In this document: positions 1 to 7,620 of the stretch, one piece after another
Numbering within the stretch: the first letter of the stretch is position 1
Layout of the letters: every line of letters begins with the position of its first letter
Origin: an uncultured candidatus Porisulfidus sp.
Lineage (GTDB): Bacteria; Pseudomonadota; Gammaproteobacteria; Poriferisulfidales; Oxydemutatoraceae
Reading direction: 5' to 3'
NCBI GenBank assembly: GCA_965215125.1
Contig: OZ244052.1
Coordinates: 64,001-128,000 of the forward strand
Length of the DNA stretch: 64,000 nt
Notes under the pieces: model-generated
Told to the model about the DNA's origin: nothing
Seen by the model: only the letters and a program-made list of their open reading frames with translations
Databases searched by the model: none
Program-made: the position numbers and the translations under genes

Positions 1-955
1 CGGTTAATTTGCGACAACTTCCGTCGGCTAATTCTAGGGCTACGTCCCAATTAAATAACTTGATGATTTCGGTGCGGCTTAATTTTTCGTACAACTGCCG
101 ATATTTCACTCGCTTTTTATCTTTGGCATACCACAATAAATAATCTGCTACTTCCGGTAGTGTCTTGGAAGGACTACTGCTCGTAGTAGCAAAAGTAATC
201 GTTGCCACACGATTCTCGGCTCCGAATATATCATCCATCACCATCCCGACACGATGTACATTTTCGTCTCCGATCTGCACAAAGCACGAACCGGAATCAT
301 TGAGTAATTCTTTTGCCAATAACAAACGATCGCGCATATACGACAGATATGAATGGATACCCAATTCCCATGTGTCCCGAAACGCCTTTATCATTTCCGG
401 CTCGGTGGTTAAATCTTCGCTTTTACCATCGGTAACCTCGCGCTTATTGACGAACGGCTGGAAGTTGCTACCGTATTTGATTCCGTAAGGCGGATCCATA
501 TAGACACATTGCACCTTCCCTGCCATATTTTCTTTTTGTAGCAACGAGTTCATTATCAGCAAGGAATCACCGGCAATCAAGCGATTGCTCCAGTTACGGG
601 CATGCTTGTAAAACTCTATCACATGCCGAAGCGGTATATTTGCCTCATTATCAAACAAACTTCCTTGCTTTTGGCCGTTGCCGTTGGTTTTTCTCACAGC
701 TTCTATGATCGTCCGTGGATCTATACGCTCATGAACATGGAGCGACACGGTCGGCACTTCAAACGAAGTATGCTCGCTCTTTCCCGACCACTGCAACTGC
801 GGATCCAAATGCGGATCGTGTTGGTAAGACTGCTTTTCGTCCGTATTCGGATCTTTCTGGAGATTGACTAAACCCACCTGAGGATTGTTTTTTCTCTCCT
901 CTTTATCGTGTGAATAAGCCTTTATTTCTCGCTTTCGTTTCTTTTTAGGAGACAA
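1..955 (-). CDS. Type III R-M Mod-like adenine DNA methyltransferase, 5' part (runs off window start)
   Basis: Not in ORF track; hand translation from TTG at 955: MSPKKKRK...DPHLDPQLQWSGK...HVHERIDP...WSNRLIAGDSLLIMNSLL...VQCVYMDPPYGIKYGSNFQP...AFRDTWELGIHSYL; DPPY catalytic motif. Confidence 0.85.
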   Translation of the reverse strand, partial: MSPKKKRKREIKAYSHDKEERKNNPQVGLVNLQKDPNTDEKQSYQHDPHLDPQLQWSGKSEHTSFEVPTVSLHVHERIDPRTIIEAVRKTNGNGQKQGSLFDNEANIPLRHVIEFYKHARNWSNRLIAGDSLLIMNSLLQKENMAGKVQCVYMDPPYGIKYGSNFQPFVNKREVTDGKSEDLTTEPEMIKAFRDTWELGIHSYLSYMRDRLLLAKELLNDSGSCFVQIGDENVHRVGMVMDDIFGAENRVATITFATTSSSPSKTLPEVADYLLWYAKDKKRVKYRQLYEKLSRTEIIKLFNWDVALELADGSCRKLT

Positions 956-1013
956 AGTGATACCCTTTTTCAAATTGAATAATGAGCATTATATACATCG
1001 GCAAGCAAAATTT

Positions 1014-1763
1014 CTATTCCTGTTTGTCAGATGGAGCAGAAACCATGCCTGCTGCATCACGCATTTCTGTACTCTCAAGCCAAGTACCGTCAAATTTGGT
1101 TCCATTCCAGAAAGAAGCAAACCTCCATTTATTTTTATCTTTGACATTATCAATAAAATTACTCAGATTAGTTCCTTGCAGATAAGAATGATATAAATTA
1201 GTTCCACTTAAATTAGTTCCACTCAGATTAGCTCCCTCTAGATGAGCCTGACGCAGACTAGCTCTAGATAAATCCAATCCACTTAAATGAGCGTCCTCCA
1301 GATATATTCTATTTAGATCAAGTCCCTGAGTAATAAGATCTATCCTTTTCTTTTCAAAACCGGTTTCTCTTCTTAAATATGCAAGTTGCTCAAGTGCTAT
1401 TTTTGTTGATAGGGAGTTCTCTTCTGTGTATTCTTCCGAGTATTTCTCAGTTAGCATTTTTACACATTCAAAAAAAGTGCTATTGTTCGTATTTTCCTCG
1501 GTTTTATCTATCTGCCTGTCCACATCGTAGGTTCTAAATAACCAAAGTGTAAAAAAGGTAGGCAAGCCTAAAGCTAGAATAGTTAGGCTACTACGCAAAA
1601 TATCATTTTTTAATAAAAAGAACACCCAATACACGACAAGTGCTAGTATCATTCCTATAAGGACCGCCCAGCCTAACGAGTATGTGCGGTTTTCTAAAAT
1701 CCATGGCTTATAATTTTTCCACCAATCAGATTTCATAGATTCAATTTTCTCTTTCAACACCAA
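1014..1763 (-). CDS. Membrane-anchored pentapeptide-repeat protein
   Basis: Two hydrophobic segments, then AHLSG/LDLSR/ASLRQ/AHLEG/ANLSG/TNLSG repeats; AT-rich. Confidence 0.8.
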   Translation of the reverse strand: MVLKEKIESMKSDWWKNYKPWILENRTYSLGWAVLIGMILALVVYWVFFLLKNDILRSSLTILALGLPTFFTLWLFRTYDVDRQIDKTEENTNNSTFFECVKMLTEKYSEEYTEENSLSTKIALEQLAYLRRETGFEKKRIDLITQGLDLNRIYLEDAHLSGLDLSRASLRQAHLEGANLSGTNLSGTNLYHSYLQGTNLSNFIDNVKDKNKWRFASFWNGTKFDGTWLESTEMRDAAGMVSAPSDKQE

Positions 1764-1930
1764 AGCCTCCTTGAGTTTAATTCCCGCTGTTGGCTGTAGT
1801 TTATGGTAAGCATGTAAAGTTATCCTAAATGTTTGATAGTATAAATCATTTGGTTTACAAAATTATAAATCGGATGGCACATGGCTTTGTAACCACCCCA
1901 TGGAAAGATTTTACATTCTGTATATATGTT

Positions 1931-2014
1931 AGGGTTCTGCACAATGTGACGCCGATTGACCTACTGGCTCAATCGGCGGTTCTATTACGCCTGCACCCCT
2001 CCGAAGGAAGGGAA
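1931..2014. repeat. Composite palindromic repeat: hairpin element B (inverted) plus right half of REP-like element A
   Basis: GCCGATTGA-9nt-TCAATCGGC stem followed by CGCCTGC-ACCCCTCCGAAGGAAGGGAA; matches 3889-4022 and 4931-4975. Confidence 0.75.
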
Positions 2015-2067
2015 TGTATCAACACGAGATTATAATAGCTAGATTTTATATGACAAGATAAACGCTA

Positions 2068-2532
2068 ATGGAAAATAAAGAATTGAGACCGGCTGGATTT
2101 TGGATTAGGCTTTTTGCTACTATTATTGATAGTGCAATATTCACTATTATTTTAACCCCATTATTGAGTCTTATATACTTTGGTAGTTTTGATGGTTATA
2201 TTGATTACTATTACACCGATTACTTTTCCGATGACATTGATTCTACAGAGAACATTGCCTTTGATACTGCAGAACTTTTAATTAGGGCTTTGGTTATTAT
2301 CGTACTTTGGGTTCTCTGGAGTGGAAAAACACCCGGTAAGGCATTACTTGGTATACAGATAATCAAACTTGATGACTCCCCTATGGGATGGAAAGAAGCC
2401 ATAATTCGTTATATTGGATATATATTAAATGTTATAACCCTTTTTATAGGTTTCCTTATGATTGCCGCAAGAAGAGATAAACGTGGTCTACACGATTTAA
2501 TAGCTAAAACAAAGGTAGTGCATAGAAATTAG
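2068..2532 (+). CDS. RDD family membrane protein
   Basis: AGFWIRLFATIID, GKTPGK.LLGI, RGLHDLIAKT motifs. Confidence 0.9.
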   Translation: MENKELRPAGFWIRLFATIIDSAIFTIILTPLLSLIYFGSFDGYIDYYYTDYFSDDIDSTENIAFDTAELLIRALVIIVLWVLWSGKTPGKALLGIQIIKLDDSPMGWKEAIIRYIGYILNVITLFIGFLMIAARRDKRGLHDLIAKTKVVHRN

Positions 2533-2560
2533 ATGAATACTTAAAAAGTTTAATGAGGCT

Positions 2561-2688
2561 GTAGAACCGCCGATTGGGGAAATGTGAGGCGGCTAAGTCG
2601 CCGTTTGTTGAACTGGTGCAGAACCTGAACATGACTGCTAGACGCATACATTGCAAAATGCATAGGCCACCCCTCCAAAGGAGGGGAA
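2561..2688. repeat. Composite palindromic repeat (partial element B plus right half of element A)
   Basis: AGAACCGCCGATTG...GCAGAACCTGAACATG...GCATACATTGCAAAATGCATAG-GCCACCCCTCCAAAGGAGGGGAA; near-identical to 3952-4022. Confidence 0.75.
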
Positions 2689-2717
2689 TGCGCGAGTATC
2701 GTACTTGTGGTTCAGTT

Positions 2718-2990
2718 CTATCTTTTCAGCTGTTTAATCTCGGCAACGGATAAACCTGTGACTTCGGAAATCAACGAAATCTCCAGACCCTTTTGCAGCA
2801 TATTTAAGGCGATTTCGTGCATGCCTTGAACTCGGCCTTCCTCCATGCCTTCAATCCGACCTTTTGCCAGACCTTCCTTTAACGCGCCGCGCCTCTCCAA
2901 CTGAATCCCTATCTCATACTTCATGCGATCTATAGTCTCCCAGTGTGATTCTTTGTCTTTTGATATCTCCTCTAAATGTTCTAGTATCAT
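2718..2990 (-). CDS. Putative nested in-frame small protein (RpnS-type C-terminal antitoxin, 90 aa)
   Basis: GGAG-8nt-ATG at 2990 inside the rpn gene, downstream of an intragenic promoter; conserved in all copies. Confidence 0.55.
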   Translation of the reverse strand: MILEHLEEISKDKESHWETIDRMKYEIGIQLERRGALKEGLAKGRIEGMEEGRVQGMHEIALNMLQKGLEISLISEVTGLSVAEIKQLKR

Positions 2991-3674
2991 TTTCGTCTCT
3001 CCGTCTTGTGATAAATACGCCACTTGCTCGGGGGTCAAGTCCGCCGAGTGCTTAATAATATAGCACCACCTATCCTTCATATCAACAAGGTTGCGGTAGC
3101 TCTTCTTGAACTTATTCAATTCCACTATGACGATCTTTGCACCAATATCAAAATGGTATTCTATCTCGTTGCGGTCTACAAATCCTATTTCAGTGATAGA
3201 GTTGTGCTTTCCTTTGAATACCGTGAACCGGGTAAATCCCAACGAGTAGGTCGGGTTGAGGTTGGCATAGTCATCGCCACGGTCTAGGTCTTGAATAAAC
3301 AGCAAAGCCCAATAGGCGAACATTCTCAGTAGGAAGTTTTTTTGGAAGGCGACTTGCATTTCTATGTGGACATTTTCTCCGCCACTTAATTTGACACTGA
3401 GGTCGAGGACGACCTGTTTGCCGTGTGGTTTAGTCGGTGGAATGGAGGTATCTTTCAGCCGTAGTTTATCGCCTGATTGCCGCTGCTGTTGTTCAGTTGC
3501 TTTTGTAGAGGTGGCAGGTTTTTTGAAGTTTAGGACGACGACATCCGAGACCTTATCGGCAATAGGCAGGAAGCTCTTAATGAGCGAGAGCAGTAATCGC
3601 TTGTTGCTGGTAAAGTATTGTTTGAAGACAATGTCTTTTGTCAGCGGTAAATATTTAGGTTGTTCTTTTGCCAT
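2718..3674 (-). CDS. Rpn family recombination-promoting nuclease / PD-(D/E)XK putative transposase
   Basis: LTKDIVFKQYF, VVLDL..KL..GENVHIEMQ nuclease motif, C-terminal EG-rich repeats and IALNML.KG...ISEVTGLS helix-turn-helix tail. Confidence 0.9.
   Translation of the reverse strand: MAKEQPKYLPLTKDIVFKQYFTSNKRLLLSLIKSFLPIADKVSDVVVLNFKKPATSTKATEQQQRQSGDKLRLKDTSIPPTKPHGKQVVLDLSVKLSGGENVHIEMQVAFQKNFLLRMFAYWALLFIQDLDRGDDYANLNPTYSLGFTRFTVFKGKHNSITEIGFVDRNEIEYHFDIGAKIVIVELNKFKKSYRNLVDMKDRWCYIIKHSADLTPEQVAYLSQDGETKMILEHLEEISKDKESHWETIDRMKYEIGIQLERRGALKEGLAKGRIEGMEEGRVQGMHEIALNMLQKGLEISLISEVTGLSVAEIKQLKR
3057..3085 (-). promoter_or_regulatory. Intragenic sigma70 promoter in rpn copy 1
   Basis: TTGATA-17nt-TATATT with TGn extended -10. 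Confidence 0.6.
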
Positions 3675-3888
3675 GAAATCTCCTGTGAGTTTTAGTTAAA
3701 ACCCATAGTTTGAACGATTATTTGAGGTGTTTTTAGACAACCGGATGAGCCGTAGTAAATATCCGATAAATGGTATGAAATGTTGGAAGGTAGTGTGTTT
3801 TGATTGGATTACTCCTCTTCTCCGGAGGGAAATGATGGCTTGCGTAATTATGGGGTGCAAGCGGTTATGGTGGTGCAGACCTTCAGCA

Positions 3889-4022
3889 ACCACCCCGTCA
3901 GGCTGAATAGAACCGCCGATTGAACCAGTAGGTCAATCGGCGTGACATTATGCAGAACCTGAACATGATTGCTAAACGCATACATTGCAAAATGCATAGG
4001 CCACCCCTCCGAAGGAGGGGAA
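3889..4022. repeat. REP-like element A interrupted by ~95-bp element B
   Basis: ACCACCCCGTCAGGCT[insert ~3905-3999]GCCACCCCTCCGAAGGAGGGGAA versus uninterrupted copy at 4931-4975. Confidence 0.8.
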
Positions 4023-4051
4023 TGTACCAGTATCGTACTTGTGGTTCAGTT

Positions 4052-4792
4052 CTATTTTTTCAGCTGTTTAATCTCGGCAACGGATAGACATGTCAATTTT
4101 GAAATCACAGAAACTTCATAACCCTTTTGCAACATGTTCAAAGCGATTTTTCGCTGCCTCTCTTCCATACCTTTTTTCGTACCTTGAATGAGACCTTCGT
4201 ATACACCTTGAGCCCGACCTTCGTGCATACCTTGCTCTCGCCCTCTTTCCATGCCTTCAACGCGCCCTTCTTCTATACCTTGAGCTAACCCTTTTTCTAT
4301 ACCTTCATCTAACCACTTTTTCTTTTTCCTTTCCCATCCATAGTCTAAATTGTATTCATCTCGGGCTAGAGATGCCATATACTCTCTAGCTTCCTCCGAT
4401 ACTTCCACTGGATATTTTAATGGCATCATCGTTTCTCCATGTTTATTTTTCAACTGTTCAATCTCGGTAGTGGATAAACCGATCACCTCGGAAATCGCAG
4501 AAATCTGATAGCCTTTTTGCAACATATTCAAAGCGATTTCTTGCTGTGCTTCTACTTGACCTTGTTCAATACTCTGATCAAGATTTTCCTCAATGCCCTT
4601 AGCGCGACCTTCGTCAATGCCTTGATCGCGGCCTTCGTCTATACCTTGAACACGACCTTCTTGTATGCCTTGAACTCGCCCTATTTCCATTCCTTCTGCT
4701 ATCATTCCTTGTTTTTCCCATTGATATTCACACTCACGTTTCTCTCGAGACATAGCTTTCCAATACTCCTTTTCTTCTTTGGATATTTCCAT
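4052..4792 (-). CDS. Nuclease-less Rpn derivative: two tandem Rpn C-terminal (RpnS-like) modules
   Basis: RBS GGAG-8nt-ATG at 4792 and again at 4426; two EG-repeat plus IALNMLQKG tail modules; upstream rpn remnant has TGG to TAG. Confidence 0.7.
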   Translation of the reverse strand: MEISKEEKEYWKAMSREKRECEYQWEKQGMIAEGMEIGRVQGIQEGRVQGIDEGRDQGIDEGRAKGIEENLDQSIEQGQVEAQQEIALNMLQKGYQISAISEVIGLSTTEIEQLKNKHGETMMPLKYPVEVSEEAREYMASLARDEYNLDYGWERKKKKWLDEGIEKGLAQGIEEGRVEGMERGREQGMHEGRAQGVYEGLIQGTKKGMEERQRKIALNMLQKGYEVSVISKLTCLSVAEIKQLKK

Positions 4793-4858
4793 CTTCGTCT
4801 CTCCATGTTGTGATAAATGCTTTACTTGCTCGGCTGTCAATTCCGCCGAGTGTTTGAT

Positions 4859-4887
4859 AATATAGCACTACCTATCTGCCATATCAA
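4859..4887 (-). promoter_or_regulatory. Retained rpn intragenic sigma70 promoter ahead of the orphan C-terminal ORF
   Basis: TTGATA-17nt-TATATT with TGn; similarity to rpn begins at the -35 box. Confidence 0.6.
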
Positions 4888-4930
4888 CATATAGTATCGC
4901 CGTTTGTTGTAGTTGTGCATACCCTTAGCA

Positions 4931-4975
4931 ACCACCCCGTCAGGCTGCGCCTGCCACCCCTCCGAAGGAGGGGAA
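4931..4975. repeat. REP-like element A, uninterrupted
   Basis: ACCACCCCGTCAGGCTGCGCCTGCCACCCCTCCGAAGGAGGGGAA; two hairpins; degenerate copy near 6303-6347. Confidence 0.75.
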
Positions 4976-5004
4976 TGCGCGAGTATCGTACTTGTGGTTC
5001 AGTT

Positions 5005-5241
5005 CTATTTTTTTAGCTGTTTAATCTCGGCAACAGATAAACCTGTGACTTCGGAAATCAACGAGACCTCTAAACCTTTTTGCAACATGTTCAAAGCGAT
5101 TTCTCGATGTCCTTTTTCTATGCCTTCTTCTATTAGTCCTTGCTTTCTCATCTCATGCTCCCACTCTCGTCTCTCTCGAGATGCAGCCTTCCAATACTCC
5201 CTCTGTTCTTTGGATACTTCCTCTAAATGTTCTAATGCCAT
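5005..5241 (-). CDS. Putative nested in-frame small protein (RpnS-type, 78 aa)
   Basis: GGAG-8nt-ATG at 5241 downstream of an intragenic promoter. Confidence 0.55.
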   Translation of the reverse strand: MALEHLEEVSKEQREYWKAASRERREWEHEMRKQGLIEEGIEKGHREIALNMLQKGLEVSLISEVTGLSVAEIKQLKK

Positions 5242-5928
5242 CTTCGTCTCTCCATGTTGTGATAAATACGCTATTTGCTCGGCTGTCAAGTCCGCCGAAT
5301 GCTTCATAATATAGCACCACCTATCTGCCATATCAACTAGTTCAAGGTGGCTCTTATTGAACCTATTCAATTCCACGAAAAACATCTTAAACCCCCAGTA
5401 AAGTTCTCTATCCTGATAGCCTTCAAAATTGATATTCGCCTTTTTGATATAGTCTTTCTCGACTTTGCTAAGCACGCTGAACTTGGTAAATATCAGTGAG
5501 TAGGTCGGTTTATTTTCTTTGGTCTTCTGTCCGCGCTTTAAGGATTGATTATGCAACCGCACCCAGTAGGCTAACATTCTAAACAAGAAGTCTTTATGAG
5601 GGTAGCTTTGCATCTCTATGTCCACATGCTCGCCGCTATTTAATTCGACATGGAGGTCTAGCACTACTTGTTTGCCATCCGGTGTGTCCGGTGGGATAGC
5701 ACTGTCTTGCAGATGTAACTTATCGTCCGATTGACCGGGTTGATTGGTGGTATCGGATGCGGTATCTAGTATGTCGGGATTGAGTATCACCATATATGGG
5801 GCACGATCGGAGATCGGCAAGAAGCTCTTAAGTAGCGAGAACAATAATTGCTTATTGCTAGAGAAGTATCGCTTAAAGGAAATGTCTTCTGTCAAATCTA
5901 AGTATTCAGGTTGAGTTTTTTTCGCCAT
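5005..5928 (-). CDS. Rpn family recombination-promoting nuclease / PD-(D/E)XK putative transposase
   Basis: LTEDISFKRYF, VVLDL.VEL..GEHVDIEMQ; paralog of 2718-3674 sharing a ~105-nt 5' leader and the 3' flank. Confidence 0.9.
   Translation of the reverse strand: MAKKTQPEYLDLTEDISFKRYFSSNKQLLFSLLKSFLPISDRAPYMVILNPDILDTASDTTNQPGQSDDKLHLQDSAIPPDTPDGKQVVLDLHVELNSGEHVDIEMQSYPHKDFLFRMLAYWVRLHNQSLKRGQKTKENKPTYSLIFTKFSVLSKVEKDYIKKANINFEGYQDRELYWGFKMFFVELNRFNKSHLELVDMADRWCYIMKHSADLTAEQIAYLSQHGETKMALEHLEEVSKEQREYWKAASRERREWEHEMRKQGLIEEGIEKGHREIALNMLQKGLEVSLISEVTGLSVAEIKQLKK
5308..5336 (-). promoter_or_regulatory. Intragenic sigma70 promoter in rpn copy 3
   Basis: TTGATA-17nt-TATATT with TGn. Confidence 0.6.
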
Positions 5929-6087
5929 GAAATCTCCTGTAAGTTTTAGTTAAAACCTGTAGTTTGAGCGAATACTTGAGGTGTTTTTAGACAAATGGAT
6001 GAACAGTAGTAAATATCCGATAAACGGTATGTTGAGGTGATGTGGGGCGGCTGAGTCGCTGCTTATTACAACTGTGCAGACCCTTAC

Positions 6088-6293
6088 GGGCTGTTGAAAA
6101 AGTGCGGCATCGTACGAATTCAATCACTTGCGCCATTTGGTTTTGGTTTCCATAAATTGGATGGATGAATGTATAAATCGTGTAGGCACAACGCGTTACG
6201 GGCGGACATGTTAGTCCGCCCCTACAGGTGGGTTGGATAATTATGCGGCGCAAGCGGTTACGGTTTTGCAGAACAGTATTTTTTCAACAGTCC
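6088..6293. mobile_element. ~206-bp MITE-like element containing a GTAG-type REP
   Basis: Terminal inverted repeats GGGCTGTTGAAAAAGTGC / GGACTGTTGAAAAAATAC; internal GTAGGGGCGGACTAACATGTCCGCCC (6200-6225, minus). Confidence 0.6.
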
Positions 6294-6395
6294 CATGCAG
6301 CGACCACCCGGTCAGGTGAAGCCTGCTACCTCTACAATAATGGGAATTGACTGGTGCAGATATGCTGCGACCACGCCTCTACACGAAATGTTGCT

Positions 6396-6851
6396 CTACG
6401 AGGGGATGCTATCTTTGGCGAGTTGGTCGGCGCGCTCGTTCTCTGCATAGCCGCTGTGGCCTCTGACCCATTGCCAGTTGATTTGCATTAGTGTGTTCAG
6501 GTGGTCTAGCTCTTTCCATAGGTCTTGGTTTTTGACTACTTTTTTGCTCATCGTTCGCCAGTTGTTTTGCTTCCAGTCGGCAATCCATATCTCTATGCCG
6601 TTTTTGAGGTAGAGCGAGTCGGTTATGAGATAGACGATATGTTTCTTACTTTTGAGTTTTTCCGGTTTGATTGCCGAGAGGCCTCGTATCGCGGCGGTGA
6701 GTTCCATGCGGTTATTCGTGGTGTGATGTTCTCCGCCGCAGAGTACTTTTTCATGTGTTCCGTAGATCAGTATCGCCGCCCAGCCGCCCGGTCCGGGGTT
6801 GCCTCGACATGCGCCGTCGGTATAAACATAGATGGGCTTCATGTCTAACAT
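6396..6851 (-). CDS. rnhA: Ribonuclease HI
   Basis: YTDGACRGNPGPGGW, TTNNRMEL, VKNQDLW, WVRGHSG..ENERAD. Confidence 0.97.
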   Translation of the reverse strand: MLDMKPIYVYTDGACRGNPGPGGWAAILIYGTHEKVLCGGEHHTTNNRMELTAAIRGLSAIKPEKLKSKKHIVYLITDSLYLKNGIEIWIADWKQNNWRTMSKKVVKNQDLWKELDHLNTLMQINWQWVRGHSGYAENERADQLAKDSIPS

Positions 6852-6861
6852 GATAGCTCCC

Positions 6862-7620
6862 TCAAGCGGTCGGTTGCGGTGCTTCGGGCTTTATTATTCG
6901 GTCTTTCCATATCGGACCTAGCGGTATCAAACGCGAGACTTGTTTTACTGCGAGTATTGCATAAAAGGAGCTACCCCATTTCATAAAACGTCTGCAACCT
7001 CGCGAGATTTTACCGGCATAACCGGGGTGGTTTTTGTATCGGACTAGCGGAGGAGCGAAGTAGCATAATTCTTTTATCTTAAAGCCCAGCACCGAGAGCC
7101 AGTCTTTTACTCGAAAAGGCGTATAGAAGTTGCCGCACCACGGTGGATTGGCTCGTCCATGTAATTGAAACAGCTTGAATAAACCTTGATAACTTATTGG
7201 ATTAAAAGAGATTATTATAAGTGACCCTTCGGAGATTAGCACTCTATCGACTTCGCGCAAAAACTCGTGCGGCTGCGAGATGAATTCGAATATATGGTGT
7301 GCGATGATCAAATCCATGCTCTCGGTATCAAACGGTAGAGATGTGAAATCGGCAAGTATACCGGTGTCGGAATACCTAGTTGCATTGACGATACATTGAG
7401 TGCGCACGCGACTACAGGATAATAGCTCGTCGCCTACTTCAAAGGATGCGATATGCGCTGCGTAATAGCCCATCGTTCTCTCTAACCAAGGCTGTAGTGC
7501 CGGTTCGGTTTCCATCCATAGCTTTCTATTGACATCGCTCTGATACCACTCGTCCAATAATAAGGAGTTTTGCGATGGTGTTCTTTCGATACGTTTTTTC
7601 TTAAAGTTAAACATCGTCAT
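6862..7620 (-). CDS. Class I SAM-dependent methyltransferase (YafS-like)
   Basis: LPFDTESMDLII, PHEFLREVDRVL, FNPIS; usual position next to rnhA. Confidence 0.85.
   Translation of the reverse strand: MTMFNFKKKRIERTPSQNSLLLDEWYQSDVNRKLWMETEPALQPWLERTMGYYAAHIASFEVGDELLSCSRVRTQCIVNATRYSDTGILADFTSLPFDTESMDLIIAHHIFEFISQPHEFLREVDRVLISEGSLIIISFNPISYQGLFKLFQLHGRANPPWCGNFYTPFRVKDWLSVLGFKIKELCYFAPPLVRYKNHPGYAGKISRGCRRFMKWGSSFYAILAVKQVSRLIPLGPIWKDRIIKPEAPQPTA

Noticed and set aside
165-1196. Plus-strand ORFs 165-488, 602-871, 957-1196
   Set aside because: Antisense to the Mod methyltransferase and pentapeptide genes.
5987-6253. 88-aa ORF across the MITE, and ORF 3696-3893
   Set aside because: They span repeat or intergenic sequence with no recognisable domain.
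1931-6350. CRISPR array or integron attC cassette array
   Set aside because: Repeats are irregularly spaced composites with no constant spacers, no clear attC core boxes, and no cas or intI gene.
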